Assembly: GCA_947570505.1 (NCBI GenBank)
Contig: CANOTH010000002.1
Location: 1,354 to 65,353, forward strand
DNA: 64,000 nt
Source of the DNA: an uncultured Candidatus Saccharibacteria bacterium
Lineage (GTDB): Bacteria > Patescibacteriota > Saccharimonadia > Saccharimonadales > Saccharimonadaceae
Reading direction: 5' to 3'
Of the stretch, positions 9,351 through 18,598 are shown piece after piece (position 1 is the first letter of the stretch; the number at the start of each line of letters is the position of its first letter). The position numbers and the translations under genes are program-made. Under the pieces are notes generated by a model. It made no database searches and was not told where the DNA came from. It was given only the letters and a program-made list of their open reading frames with translations.

Positions 9351-10303
9351 TGAAAAAAATACTCTCGGTGGTGGTGCCGTGCTATAACGAAGAGGCGGTT
9401 TTGCCGGTGTTTTATCAGGAGGTGACGAAGATTGCTACACGAATGGAAAAAGAGGTGGAGTTTGAGTTTGTCTTTGTGGATGATGGTAGTAGTGATGGAA
9501 CGTTGGCAGAAATCGAAAAGCTGGCGGCTAGTGATAAACGAGTGCGTTTCGTGAGCTTTTCCCGGAATTTTGGTAAAGAAGCGGGGTTACTAGCGGGATT
9601 GGAATATGCTAAGGGTGACTTTGTGGCTACGATGGATGCGGATTTACAAGACCCACCAAGTTTGTTGCCGAGGATGTATGATTATGTGCGGGATGGCGAA
9701 TATGACTGCGTGGGTACGCGAAGGGTGAATCGGGCAGGAGAGCCGCCGATTCGGAGTTTTTTTGCGCGGATTTTCTACAAGCTGATTAATAAGATGTCAA
9801 AGATTGAGATGGTGGATGGAGCACGGGATTTTCGCTTGATGTCTCGTCAGATGGTGAATGCGATTATTAGTATGCCGGAATATAACCGATACTCGAAGGG
9901 TTTGTTTAGCTTTGTGGGTTTCAAGACGAAGTGGCTGGAGTATGAAAATGTGCAACGGGCAGCGGGTGAGACGCATTGGTCGTTCTGGAAATTGTTTGTC
10001 TATGCGATTGATGGGATTTGTGCGTTTTCGACCGTGCCTTTGGTAGTGGCGGCGGTATTGGGATTAGTGTTTTGCTTAGTGGCATTTATAATGGTGATTA
10101 TAATTGTGGTGAAGACTATTATATATGGTGATCCGGTAGGGGGTTGGCCGAGCATGATTTGTGTGGTACTGATGATGGGCGGGTTGCAATTGCTGGCTCT
10201 GGGAGTGATTGGGGAGTATTTGGCGAAGATGTACTTGGAAACGAAGAGGCGACCGGTTTATATTGTGCGTAAAACTGAGCAGGATGTGAAAAAGACATCT
10301 TAG
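9350..10303 (+). CDS. Glycosyltransferase family 2 (GtrB/YkoT-like)
   Basis: VVPCYNEE, VDDGSSD, SRNFGKE and DADLQDPP motifs; two C-terminal TM segments. Confidence 0.93.
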   Translation: MKKILSVVVPCYNEEAVLPVFYQEVTKIATRMEKEVEFEFVFVDDGSSDGTLAEIEKLAASDKRVRFVSFSRNFGKEAGLLAGLEYAKGDFVATMDADLQDPPSLLPRMYDYVRDGEYDCVGTRRVNRAGEPPIRSFFARIFYKLINKMSKIEMVDGARDFRLMSRQMVNAIISMPEYNRYSKGLFSFVGFKTKWLEYENVQRAAGETHWSFWKLFVYAIDGICAFSTVPLVVAAVLGLVFCLVAFIMVIIIVVKTIIYGDPVGGWPSMICVVLMMGGLQLLALGVIGEYLAKMYLETKRRPVYIVRKTEQDVKKTS

Positions 10304-10304
10304 G

Positions 10305-10333
10305 TTGACTTTCGTAATAATGTGTGGTATAAT
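10305..10333 (+). promoter_or_regulatory. Sigma70 promoter, shared orphan-gene type
   Basis: TTGACT-17-TATAAT followed by GGAAGGATAG; AAGGAGG before ATG 10412. Confidence 0.8.
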
Positions 10334-10411
10334 GGAAGGATAGGGTGTGTTTGCCCTAGACCTTTGGTAGATACTATTCATCAGTTCTGTATTTATTAAG
10401 GAGGTGTCGAA

Positions 10412-10575
10412 ATGCAGGTTTTTATGGAAATTTTGGCTAAAAGCAGAAAGTTACCGTTGGCTGGTTATGATTCTCGTAGTAATAGAGAAGTGTACGTACG
10501 TTCCTTGATCGAAGGAGGTCTGACGGCATTTTCGTCGGTTCTGAATCAAGAAAGAATTTATCTCCCCACGCGGTA
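10412..10575 (+). pseudogene. Probable 5' part of an orphan gene interrupted by the OLD insertion
   Basis: Own promoter and SD; composition shifts to AT-rich near 10575; probable 3' part at ~12300-12801. Confidence 0.5.
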
Positions 10576-12070
10576 TACATTTAAAATCTCTATCTGTAAT
10601 ACACAATACTTTTTTCTTAACAGCATTGTTATTGAAAAGTTCAATAAAATATTGAAAATGTTTTCCACCAATCTCGACAATGGAGATATGCTCGTCTTCA
10701 TATGGACAGTCACATATTTCCATAAATAATGGCATCAATAATTTCTCAGCAATGCCTTCAACTAAAATCACCTTGTCCGCAAAGAGCATATCTGATCTTG
10801 TGACATCAAGAAATTTCGTAAGATGTAGCTTTGCTTCTTTTTTATTGGTCTTTCCGTCTTTGTCTGTAAACTGTTCGTGTAGACTTTGTTGACAACAATC
10901 TTCAACTTCTCCTCCGCGAACGTATGAAAGCATAAACATATTGTCTATGCCCGCCACAGCGGAAATATTACTTGAATGAGTTGTAACAAAGATTTGCTGG
11001 TTCAAATCATCTGTTTGATCTAAATTTCTCAAATATTTAAACAGTTTATATTGCATCGCAGGATGAAGATGCGCTTCTGGCTCCTCTAAACAAAGAATCC
11101 GAAAATCTCTTCCTTTCTGTATTTCTGTCAATTTAATGAGCATATAGATATTTATTAAATTGTTATAGCCCAAACCATTATGTTGCAATGACAGAGTATA
11201 TCCAGATTTAGTGTCTTTAACTTCAGTAATATAGGAATCTGCCAATGAAAAATCTGCCCGAACCGCCGATGAAATTGAAACGTTACCCTTCTCAAGACCA
11301 ATAGCATTATTTTCATTTTCAAATAAGGAAGATAGCTTAGCAATTGAAGGAGACAATAGCTTTTCTAATCCCTCGGAAACACCATTCTTAAATTTATCAA
11401 ATTCGGCTATATTCTCAGCATCCTTTGCGAAAGATGCTACCTCGCGTTTAGTTTCTTTTCGAACCTCTTCACTTGTGCGTTCCGCACCAATGAATCGAAT
11501 ATCAAAAACTCCTGTTGCCATTTTTTGTTCCGCTTTAGTACTACTAACACCATTTGTGTAGCTCCAAGAATAATGGCTATCAACAAAATGCTTCAGCACC
11601 ATCATATAGCTGTTGAAATCTTTTACATCTTTCTGTACTTCTTTTCTATATTCTTCTACAAACTTAGTATCCAAAGAATAAACTGCTTTTATTTGCGCTG
11701 ATATATTATATTCGACAATTCCATCTTTTTCTTTTCTGTTCTCTTCAAATTCTTTTATACCCAAAAAAGGGAGTAAACGGATAATACTTTCATCAGTCGT
11801 ATCATTTTCGCAAATTCTGTGTCTAATGTTATATTCTATTATGATACTTGGTGCCGTCTCAATATATAGTTCTGTATATCGTAAAAGGTTATTTTTGTTG
11901 AAATCTTCTACTGAAATATCTGAAGGGCTACCTAATAAATTGATAGCATAAAGCAATCCTGTTTTTCCAGAATTATTTGGACCAACGATGACATTCAGTC
12001 CTTTATGGAATTGCATTGTAAAGTCGTTAAAATTTCTATAGTTTTTGATATGAATCTTGTTTATGTACAT
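10451..12070 (-). pseudogene. OLD-family ATP-dependent nuclease (ABC ATPase + TOPRIM), C-terminally truncated
   Basis: GPNNSGKT, LEEPEAHLHP, TTHS, LVEGIAE and ITDRD motifs; homology stops just after the TOPRIM DxD. Confidence 0.8.
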
Positions 12071-12327
12071 AAGCTCCTCCTTGAACTCAATATTTACACA
12101 ATCCTTAAACAAGTGATATAAGACATATTCCAATACATATATTTTAAATATTATATCATAAAATTCTGGAAAAATGAATGAACATTTGGTATTTTAATCT
12201 ATTAAGACCATTGATACTGGATTAATTCTATTTAATTAGATTCATGTATAATCGTGTAGAAGTATGGTGCAAAAATTCCAAACTGTATCATCAGTGACGT
12301 CTAAACACAGAGCATGTCTTTGATGGT

Positions 12328-12801
12328 ATGACATGTGAGATGTGGAATATTAAGCGTACGACGTTCTCAGCTGAGGTGTATGCTCGGTCAATATATGCGG
12401 CTTTGTGTGGGATGCATGCGGTTTGGGTAGACTGGTGCCAGAAGTATATTCACAGACGTTCTGAATACTATCGGTTGTTTTTGCCGTTTCCATTACAGGA
12501 TCAGAACATAGTGAACGCGTTTCTGGATGTCTGGCGCTGTATCATGCAGGATTTGGAGCAGTGTCATGGCGATCATCAGGTGCTGGATTTCTGGAGACAG
12601 CAGCAGGTGGCCGTGGTGCGCTGTAACGGAATTAGCTCTGAGAAAGTTTTGGCTGATAAGATTCGTACTGGATCACTGGAATTTGATTATCGGGCAGGGT
12701 TCACTTGGATTGAGTCGCTGAAAAGTATGGACGTGGCCAAGGCAGCGGCAAAGGACGTCATGATGGATTTGACTGATGTAATGAGGGAGGTGAATAGTTA
12801 A
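12328..12801 (+). CDS. Hypothetical protein, possibly the 3' half of the gene starting at 10412
   Basis: 157 aa ORF without a clear SD; frame open from 12298. Confidence 0.5.
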   Translation: MTCEMWNIKRTTFSAEVYARSIYAALCGMHAVWVDWCQKYIHRRSEYYRLFLPFPLQDQNIVNAFLDVWRCIMQDLEQCHGDHQVLDFWRQQQVAVVRCNGISSEKVLADKIRTGSLEFDYRAGFTWIESLKSMDVAKAAAKDVMMDLTDVMREVNS

Positions 12802-12903
12802 CTAAAATTTAGATGGGGGGGAGGCCGAGGTTTATCTTCGGCCAATTTTTATGGATAAAAATGTTCCCCTTTGGTGAGTTTTGTGTTATACTTAGTGGTA
12901 ATT

Positions 12904-12980
12904 GGTCTCGTCGTCTAGTGGTCCAGGACGCCTGGTTCTCATCCAGGAAATCGCGGGTTCGACTCCCGCCGGGACTACCA
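12904..12980 (+). tRNA. tRNA-Glu(CTC)
   Basis: GGTCTCG/CGGGACT acceptor stem, cctgg-ttCTCat-ccagg anticodon arm, GGTTCGACTCC, CCA end. Confidence 0.95.
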
Positions 12981-13039
12981 TGCCTCTGGAGGCATTTTTT
13001 ATTTGCTCACTGTTTCCTAATACTACTCATAAAGAAGCA

Positions 13040-13260
13040 CTATACTAGTATTACCAAACAGCGGACGGGGAAACCATTCCAACGGGCATTCGGACCAGCT
13101 GATGGGTATGTGTCGGATTCATCAAAGCCTAAATGATAAGATTGAGTACTCCAGGTGCCAATTTTATAAATAGATGCAGATTTAGACCAGTTATAGTTAT
13201 CTCGACCAAAATTTCTTACTGTCCCAAAACCTACACCAGTTCTTCCGCTACGGACGAAGT
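13040..13260 (-). repeat. DGR variable-region-like cassette 2, no gene body
   Basis: Same 5' 16-mer acttcgtccgtagcgg and 3' ggtttccccgtccgctgtttggta; divergent but open centre. Confidence 0.8.
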
Positions 13261-13295
13261 GGAGCAATTATGAAAAATACCGGTGAGGTCTGCGG

Positions 13296-15125
13296 CTATT
13301 GATTTAGCAAGTTGTGGATAAATTTGGTGTACTCATTAATCACATTATTGGTTTTATCCGCGTAAATGATGTTTTTGGCTAATGTAATATCATCAGTCAC
13401 AATGCTATCGACTTTTAGGTCAATCATCCTGTTAATGTTTTCTTCGGTGTTGATAGTCCAAGCATAAATTTGTTTTCCGGCTTGATGTATTTGGCTAACC
13501 AATGAACTGGTAATATTTGTTGCTTCAATACTGAAGTGATCGGCAGCTTCTAGCGATGAAATATCTCCGTAGGCTAGACTCATGACATATACTGTAATGA
13601 TGTCAGGCGCTAAATTTTTAATATGTTCCAAAATATTATAAGATTGTGACGTCACGACGCAGTCTTTCTCAAAGTCTAGATCGGTAATAATCTTGATTAC
13701 TGCTTCTTCAAGATTTTGCTCGTGTCCTGTGGGCTTTAGCTCGATATTTAGTTTCATGTTGCTATTTTTGGCCCAGACAATGACATCTTTTAGCAAGGGG
13801 ATTCTTTCGTTTTGGAACTTCGGATCCAAAAAGCTACCAGCATCTAAGTCCTTGATTTCGTCATAGGTCATTTCCCAAGTATGTTGGTTTATGCCGGTGA
13901 TCCTTTTTAAATTAGCATCATGAGTGACGATGATTTTGCCGTCTTTGGTTTGTTGTGCGTCGAGCTCGATCCAATCTGCTCCAAGTTCTTTGGCAGCAGT
14001 AAAGGCGGCGAAAGTATTTTCGGGATAGTCGATTGAGGCTCCGCGGTGGGCTGTAACTGCCACAGTTTTGAGGTATTCAATGTTTAGATTATAGTTCCCT
14101 TTGTAGAGATCGTAAGTCATAATTGAGCCAAAGATAATAGCGATGACTGTGAAGGCGATGAGGAATCTTTTAAAAATGAGACGGCTTTTACCAGTTTCAC
14201 GGTATTCTTTGATTTTGATGTGGGGGATCTTTTCATGTGCTTCGGTTTTATGAAAATAATACAAAACACTAATTGCAGCATAGCTAATTGGTATAGACAG
14301 AAAAGTTACTATTAGCAGTGAGATGGTGATAAAAGTCCAGATAATAGCGGCTAGGATACTTTTGATGACAATGATGTTCTGGAAGATTTTGTCGAGCGAT
14401 ATAATGACGAGAATGCCTATCAAAATGAAGATAAAATACAATAAAGCGGTAGCAAATTGGGTAATAGCTAAAGTTAGCCCGTCTTGGAAATGGTGATGTC
14501 GGCTGAGTGTTTGGCTTTTTTGGAGGGCGGTTTTGAAATTGACATTTTCAAGTGTGAAATAATGTAGAGCATAAATCCAGCGCAATAAAATTACTATTAG
14601 TAAGCTAAAAATTAGAATGATGCAAATAAAAAGGAAGTGATTTTCGATAATAAAATCAGCGATGAATTCGGGGATTCTGATTGTAAAGAAGAGACTTGAC
14701 GAAAGACCAAAGTTGAGAAACGGAATTAAAAAGAAGACCAGTAAAGCTAGTGGAATATTGTAAAAGTGAAACAAATTACGGCATTTGCGCAGAGAAATTT
14801 TGATAGCATCAAGAATTTTGATTTCTTTGTTTTGATATGAGCTGTCCAGGATAGTAATGATAGTAACGACATCAAAGGTAGTGTAGGCTGCTATTATTAC
14901 CATTAGAACCAGCAGCATGAGAATTGTGAGAGGGTTAAGTAAAAAGGAAAAGACATTTTCAAGTGATAGATAGTGATAACCGGTAGCTTTCATGATGAGA
15001 TTGAAGCTGCCGATAAGTAAAGGCATAAAAATCACAGTAGTGGAGATTTTAAAAAGTAACTCAAAACCGAGCAAGGAGCCAAGGTTGCATTTTAGGATTT
15101 CTAAAATCTTCTTAAATTTATTCAT
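13296..15125 (-). CDS. Glycerophosphodiester phosphodiesterase with N-terminal membrane domain
   Basis: AHRGAS, PENT, IELD, THD, NIELK and WTIN motifs; multi-TM N-terminus. Confidence 0.92.
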   Translation of the reverse strand: MNKFKKILEILKCNLGSLLGFELLFKISTTVIFMPLLIGSFNLIMKATGYHYLSLENVFSFLLNPLTILMLLVLMVIIAAYTTFDVVTIITILDSSYQNKEIKILDAIKISLRKCRNLFHFYNIPLALLVFFLIPFLNFGLSSSLFFTIRIPEFIADFIIENHFLFICIILIFSLLIVILLRWIYALHYFTLENVNFKTALQKSQTLSRHHHFQDGLTLAITQFATALLYFIFILIGILVIISLDKIFQNIIVIKSILAAIIWTFITISLLIVTFLSIPISYAAISVLYYFHKTEAHEKIPHIKIKEYRETGKSRLIFKRFLIAFTVIAIIFGSIMTYDLYKGNYNLNIEYLKTVAVTAHRGASIDYPENTFAAFTAAKELGADWIELDAQQTKDGKIIVTHDANLKRITGINQHTWEMTYDEIKDLDAGSFLDPKFQNERIPLLKDVIVWAKNSNMKLNIELKPTGHEQNLEEAVIKIITDLDFEKDCVVTSQSYNILEHIKNLAPDIITVYVMSLAYGDISSLEAADHFSIEATNITSSLVSQIHQAGKQIYAWTINTEENINRMIDLKVDSIVTDDITLAKNIIYADKTNNVINEYTKFIHNLLNQ

Positions 15126-15218
15126 TTTCTAATTACTTTCGTGTTCTAGAATCAATGTCCTCTGCCCTTAGGCGAAGAACTAGATGTGAAAGATCGGCAC
15201 CGAACCGCGACAAAATAG

Positions 15219-15415
15219 GCGGACGGGGAAACCGTTCCAACGATTGTTCGGGCCGTTTGACGGGTAGGCGGTACCGGCATTGAATTTGAGGTTGTAAGCA
15301 TTAGCCGAGGTAGCAGACGAGTAAGCAACACTCGAACGAGACCAATCATAGCCATTGATGCCGAAGTTCCTCAAAGAACCGTTGTTCAAGTCAACATTCC
15401 CGCTACGGACGAAGT
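15219..15415 (-). repeat. Putative DGR template repeat (TR)
   Basis: 12 AAC/AAT codons, almost no third-position A; 18 of 28 differences to cassette 1 fall at its adenines; 3' end differs from the other copies. Confidence 0.75.
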
Positions 15416-15653
15416 CCCCGGAAGATCACCCGATAAAAACCAGTCGTTAGGTATAGAAGTTAATTCTCTAGGCCAAAACCTTGATCTTGACCCTTTTCCA
15501 GCCTCACTAGTTCTCTTGGAAACATTTTGGAGGATAACTTCACGATCTTTTGGTAAGAGAGCCGCTGGGAGCTGGAGCCTTTTACTCAAAATAGTCCCTT
15601 TGGATCCCAATAGAACAATTCTATCTTTCTTATTTTACCATAGAACAGATGTT

Positions 15654-16997
15654 TTAGTATCGCACATCGCCATACTGAGGCACAGCTGCGATCCAGACTT
15701 GCCCGGGAGTGAGCTTGATCTCATTTCCGTCTTGATCGCGAAAGATGATTTGCTCGCGATCGGAGGCTTTGAACCAGCTGCCCTGAATAGCTGTACCGTT
15801 TTGGAAAATTGTGGCATCGCCAGTGCCGCGCGTGGTAATATCTTCATGATAGCCGTCGGCCATGCGTTGTTCGTAGACGTGCATAGCAATCACGACACTC
15901 GGTGCTACCTGGACTGGTTGGCCGCAAGCGGTAATGGTATTAGGTTCATCAATGCCGGTTGGACAATCATAAGTAACATGGTTTTCGCCTGTGGCATAGC
16001 TGCGATAATATGTATTGCTTTCGCTGTCGTAATTATAAACCGTATTGTAAGCTGCAGTCATGCCAAAATCAATCTCAATCTTCCCCACTAACTCCGTAGT
16101 ACAATTAGCTTCATCCCCCTCAGTATCATCAGTATCACAATGAACTTTACTGGCAGCATCAGTAGCTTCATCAGTGGTTAATCTCGGGAAGCTTTTGATC
16201 TGGGAAGTTTGTTTGCCGCTATTAATACTGTATTGTTCTAGATCGGCACTGGAGGTGAAGAGGTTGTTCCAGCCTCTGGTAGTATTATTTTCGCGCCACA
16301 TGTAAGTGAGATTCTCGTCTAGGTCATGTTGACCACTGGCAGCTAGGCTGCTGAGAGCCTCTTTAGAACCGCCGGCATGCACCACAGTACAATCGAAAGG
16401 TAGATCCCAACTTAGATAATAAGGCCGGAGAGAGCGGATCGGACCAATCGCGCTAACAGTAGGATTTTGGAAAACTGCCGCGAATCTGGTAATACCGCTT
16501 TCGGCGATTGCTTCAAATACTACTGCGGCTTGACCCAGACCGGCCTGAGGGCGAGCGCCGTCGCCGCCATTAGGAATCTGTACGCAGAAAGTTGGCTTGG
16601 AGTTAAGGTCGGCATTGTCGATTTCTTCGCCAGTTAACACACTATAAATTGGATCAGGAAAGTCGACTTTTTCGGCTTTGTGATCGTTTTCTACATTGCG
16701 ATAAGCCAGGAAAACTAATACACCAGCGGCAATACCAAGACAAAGTGCGACTACGATAATGATACCCAGGAGAATTTTTTGGAAAGTGTTGCGTGATTTC
16801 TTAGCTTGCTTGGTTTTCATTTCGGTATGGTTTGAGCTTTCCTCGGGCATTTCGATTATTTCTTCGGTAATTTCCTCCTCGGTAACGACGATATCCTCAC
16901 TGACCGGCAAGGTGGATGGATCCTCGACTTTAGAGGTAGTAGATTTGGATGTAGTTTTTTTGGTTTTTGGGGTGGTTTTGGGGGTATCAGCCGCCAT
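15654..16997 (-). CDS. DUF3048 (YerB-like) membrane-anchored protein
   Basis: ARPQAGL, EAIAESGITRF, GPIRSLR, HAGGS and PGQVWI motifs. Confidence 0.85.
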   Translation of the reverse strand: MAADTPKTTPKTKKTTSKSTTSKVEDPSTLPVSEDIVVTEEEITEEIIEMPEESSNHTEMKTKQAKKSRNTFQKILLGIIIVVALCLGIAAGVLVFLAYRNVENDHKAEKVDFPDPIYSVLTGEEIDNADLNSKPTFCVQIPNGGDGARPQAGLGQAAVVFEAIAESGITRFAAVFQNPTVSAIGPIRSLRPYYLSWDLPFDCTVVHAGGSKEALSSLAASGQHDLDENLTYMWRENNTTRGWNNLFTSSADLEQYSINSGKQTSQIKSFPRLTTDEATDAASKVHCDTDDTEGDEANCTTELVGKIEIDFGMTAAYNTVYNYDSESNTYYRSYATGENHVTYDCPTGIDEPNTITACGQPVQVAPSVVIAMHVYEQRMADGYHEDITTRGTGDATIFQNGTAIQGSWFKASDREQIIFRDQDGNEIKLTPGQVWIAAVPQYGDVRY

Positions 16998-17044
16998 AAA
17001 AATAAACTCCTGTTTTAAAAGTTATTTCTATTTTAGCATAAGCT

Positions 17045-18484
17045 TTAATGGTTTTCTAGTGCTGTGACAGTATTGCGGATACGAGCAAGGGTGGTATTCT
17101 TGCCCAACACTGACATGGTAAGATGCAAGGCTGGACTAAATGGTGCGTAGGATAGGCTAATACGAATCAGAGAAAATAGTTCAGCAGGTTTTTTATCGGC
17201 TTCTGCTAATAATTCATTCAGAGTTTGTTGCAAACTATTAGCATTCCATTCGGTCTGTTCAAGCTTGCTGGCGCTGATTTGTAGAAGTTCACTCAGCTCT
17301 TCTTCAGAAAATTTTTTGAGGAACTTATTCCCGATAATAAGTTCAGGGTCAACTATTGGATCGGCAAAGAAATATCCCGTCATCTCTCGAAGATCACTGA
17401 GAGTCTTGAGGCGATCATAAATAGTACTAAGAACGGCTTTACGATATTCATCATCATAATCGTTAGCACTTTCAGGCCAGAATCCAGCGGTGCGCGCATA
17501 GAGGGCATCAATTCCCTGTTTGTCGGCAATTTTGCGAATCCACTGACCGTTCTGCCAGAGGATCTTCACTGGATCAAATCGAGCACCTGAAGTTTGAATT
17601 TTCTCTAAAGAGAACTTAGAGATTAATTCGTCTTTGGTATAAATTTCCTGCTCACTGCCGTCATTCCAACCAAGGCAGGCGAGATAATTCAGTAGGGCTT
17701 CTGGTAAAATACCGTCATCGCGGTACTCAGTGACGGACTTTGCGCCGTCACGTTTGCCGAGTTTTTTACCACCAGTAGGGGCTAAAATATGTGGTAAGGA
17801 AACTAATTTTGGCACTTCAAGTCCCAGAGCTTCATAGATGGCGAGATAATTTGGGGTGCTAGACAAATACTCGACCCCACGCATGACATGTGTTACCCCC
17901 ATTTCTGCATCATCGACGATGTGAGCGAAGTTGTAAGTCGGTAATCCATCAGCTTTGAGAAGAATAATATCGTCTTGGACTTCGGGGCCAGCCTCCATAT
18001 CTCCCATGACTTCATCGTGCCATTTACGTATCTTGGGATCAGATTTGAATCTCAGCGGTATACCTTCGTGCCACTCGGGCGGGTTTTCTGGTCGAAAATC
18101 GCGATATAAATAGGGTCTCTTCTCATTATAGCATAGATTACGATATTTGTCAATAGTTTCTGGGCTAGTATCATCGGCATAAGCTCTCCCCATATCAATC
18201 AATTTCTGGGCCCAGGCTTGATAAATTGCTTTGCGTTCGGACTGGAAATATGGTTCATTTGGGCCACCTACAATTGGCCCTTCATCCCATTCTAGACCGA
18301 GCCATTTTAAAGTATCTTCGATTAATTCTGTTGCACCTTCTACGTAGCGTGCTCGATCAGTGTCTTCGATGCGGAGGATAAACTTGCCGTCTTGTTGACG
18401 GGCTAACAAATACGGATAAATGGCGCTGCGGACATTACCAATATGAATATACCCAGTGGGGCTAGGAGCAAAACGTGTTTTCAT
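17045..18484 (-). CDS. gltX: Glutamate--tRNA ligase
   Basis: RFAPSPTG, HIGN, LRIEDTD and KLGKR motifs. Confidence 0.96.
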   Translation of the reverse strand: MKTRFAPSPTGYIHIGNVRSAIYPYLLARQQDGKFILRIEDTDRARYVEGATELIEDTLKWLGLEWDEGPIVGGPNEPYFQSERKAIYQAWAQKLIDMGRAYADDTSPETIDKYRNLCYNEKRPYLYRDFRPENPPEWHEGIPLRFKSDPKIRKWHDEVMGDMEAGPEVQDDIILLKADGLPTYNFAHIVDDAEMGVTHVMRGVEYLSSTPNYLAIYEALGLEVPKLVSLPHILAPTGGKKLGKRDGAKSVTEYRDDGILPEALLNYLACLGWNDGSEQEIYTKDELISKFSLEKIQTSGARFDPVKILWQNGQWIRKIADKQGIDALYARTAGFWPESANDYDDEYRKAVLSTIYDRLKTLSDLREMTGYFFADPIVDPELIIGNKFLKKFSEEELSELLQISASKLEQTEWNANSLQQTLNELLAEADKKPAELFSLIRISLSYAPFSPALHLTMSVLGKNTTLARIRNTVTALENH

Positions 18485-18598
18485 ATTTACTATTATATCA
18501 CAGATATAATAGTAAATATGCCGCAGCTCGCATCACCAAAAGAGCAAGCTCTTTTGTATAGATGTTTCGCGCAGTCCATATAACATATTATATCACAT

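Noticed and set aside
12813-13136. 107 aa ORF on the + strand
   Set aside because: Overlaps tRNA-Glu and the antisense of cassette 2.
15416-15650. Possible avd remnant upstream of the TR
   Set aside because: Only a short GWKR-like stretch preceded by stops; no convincing ORF.
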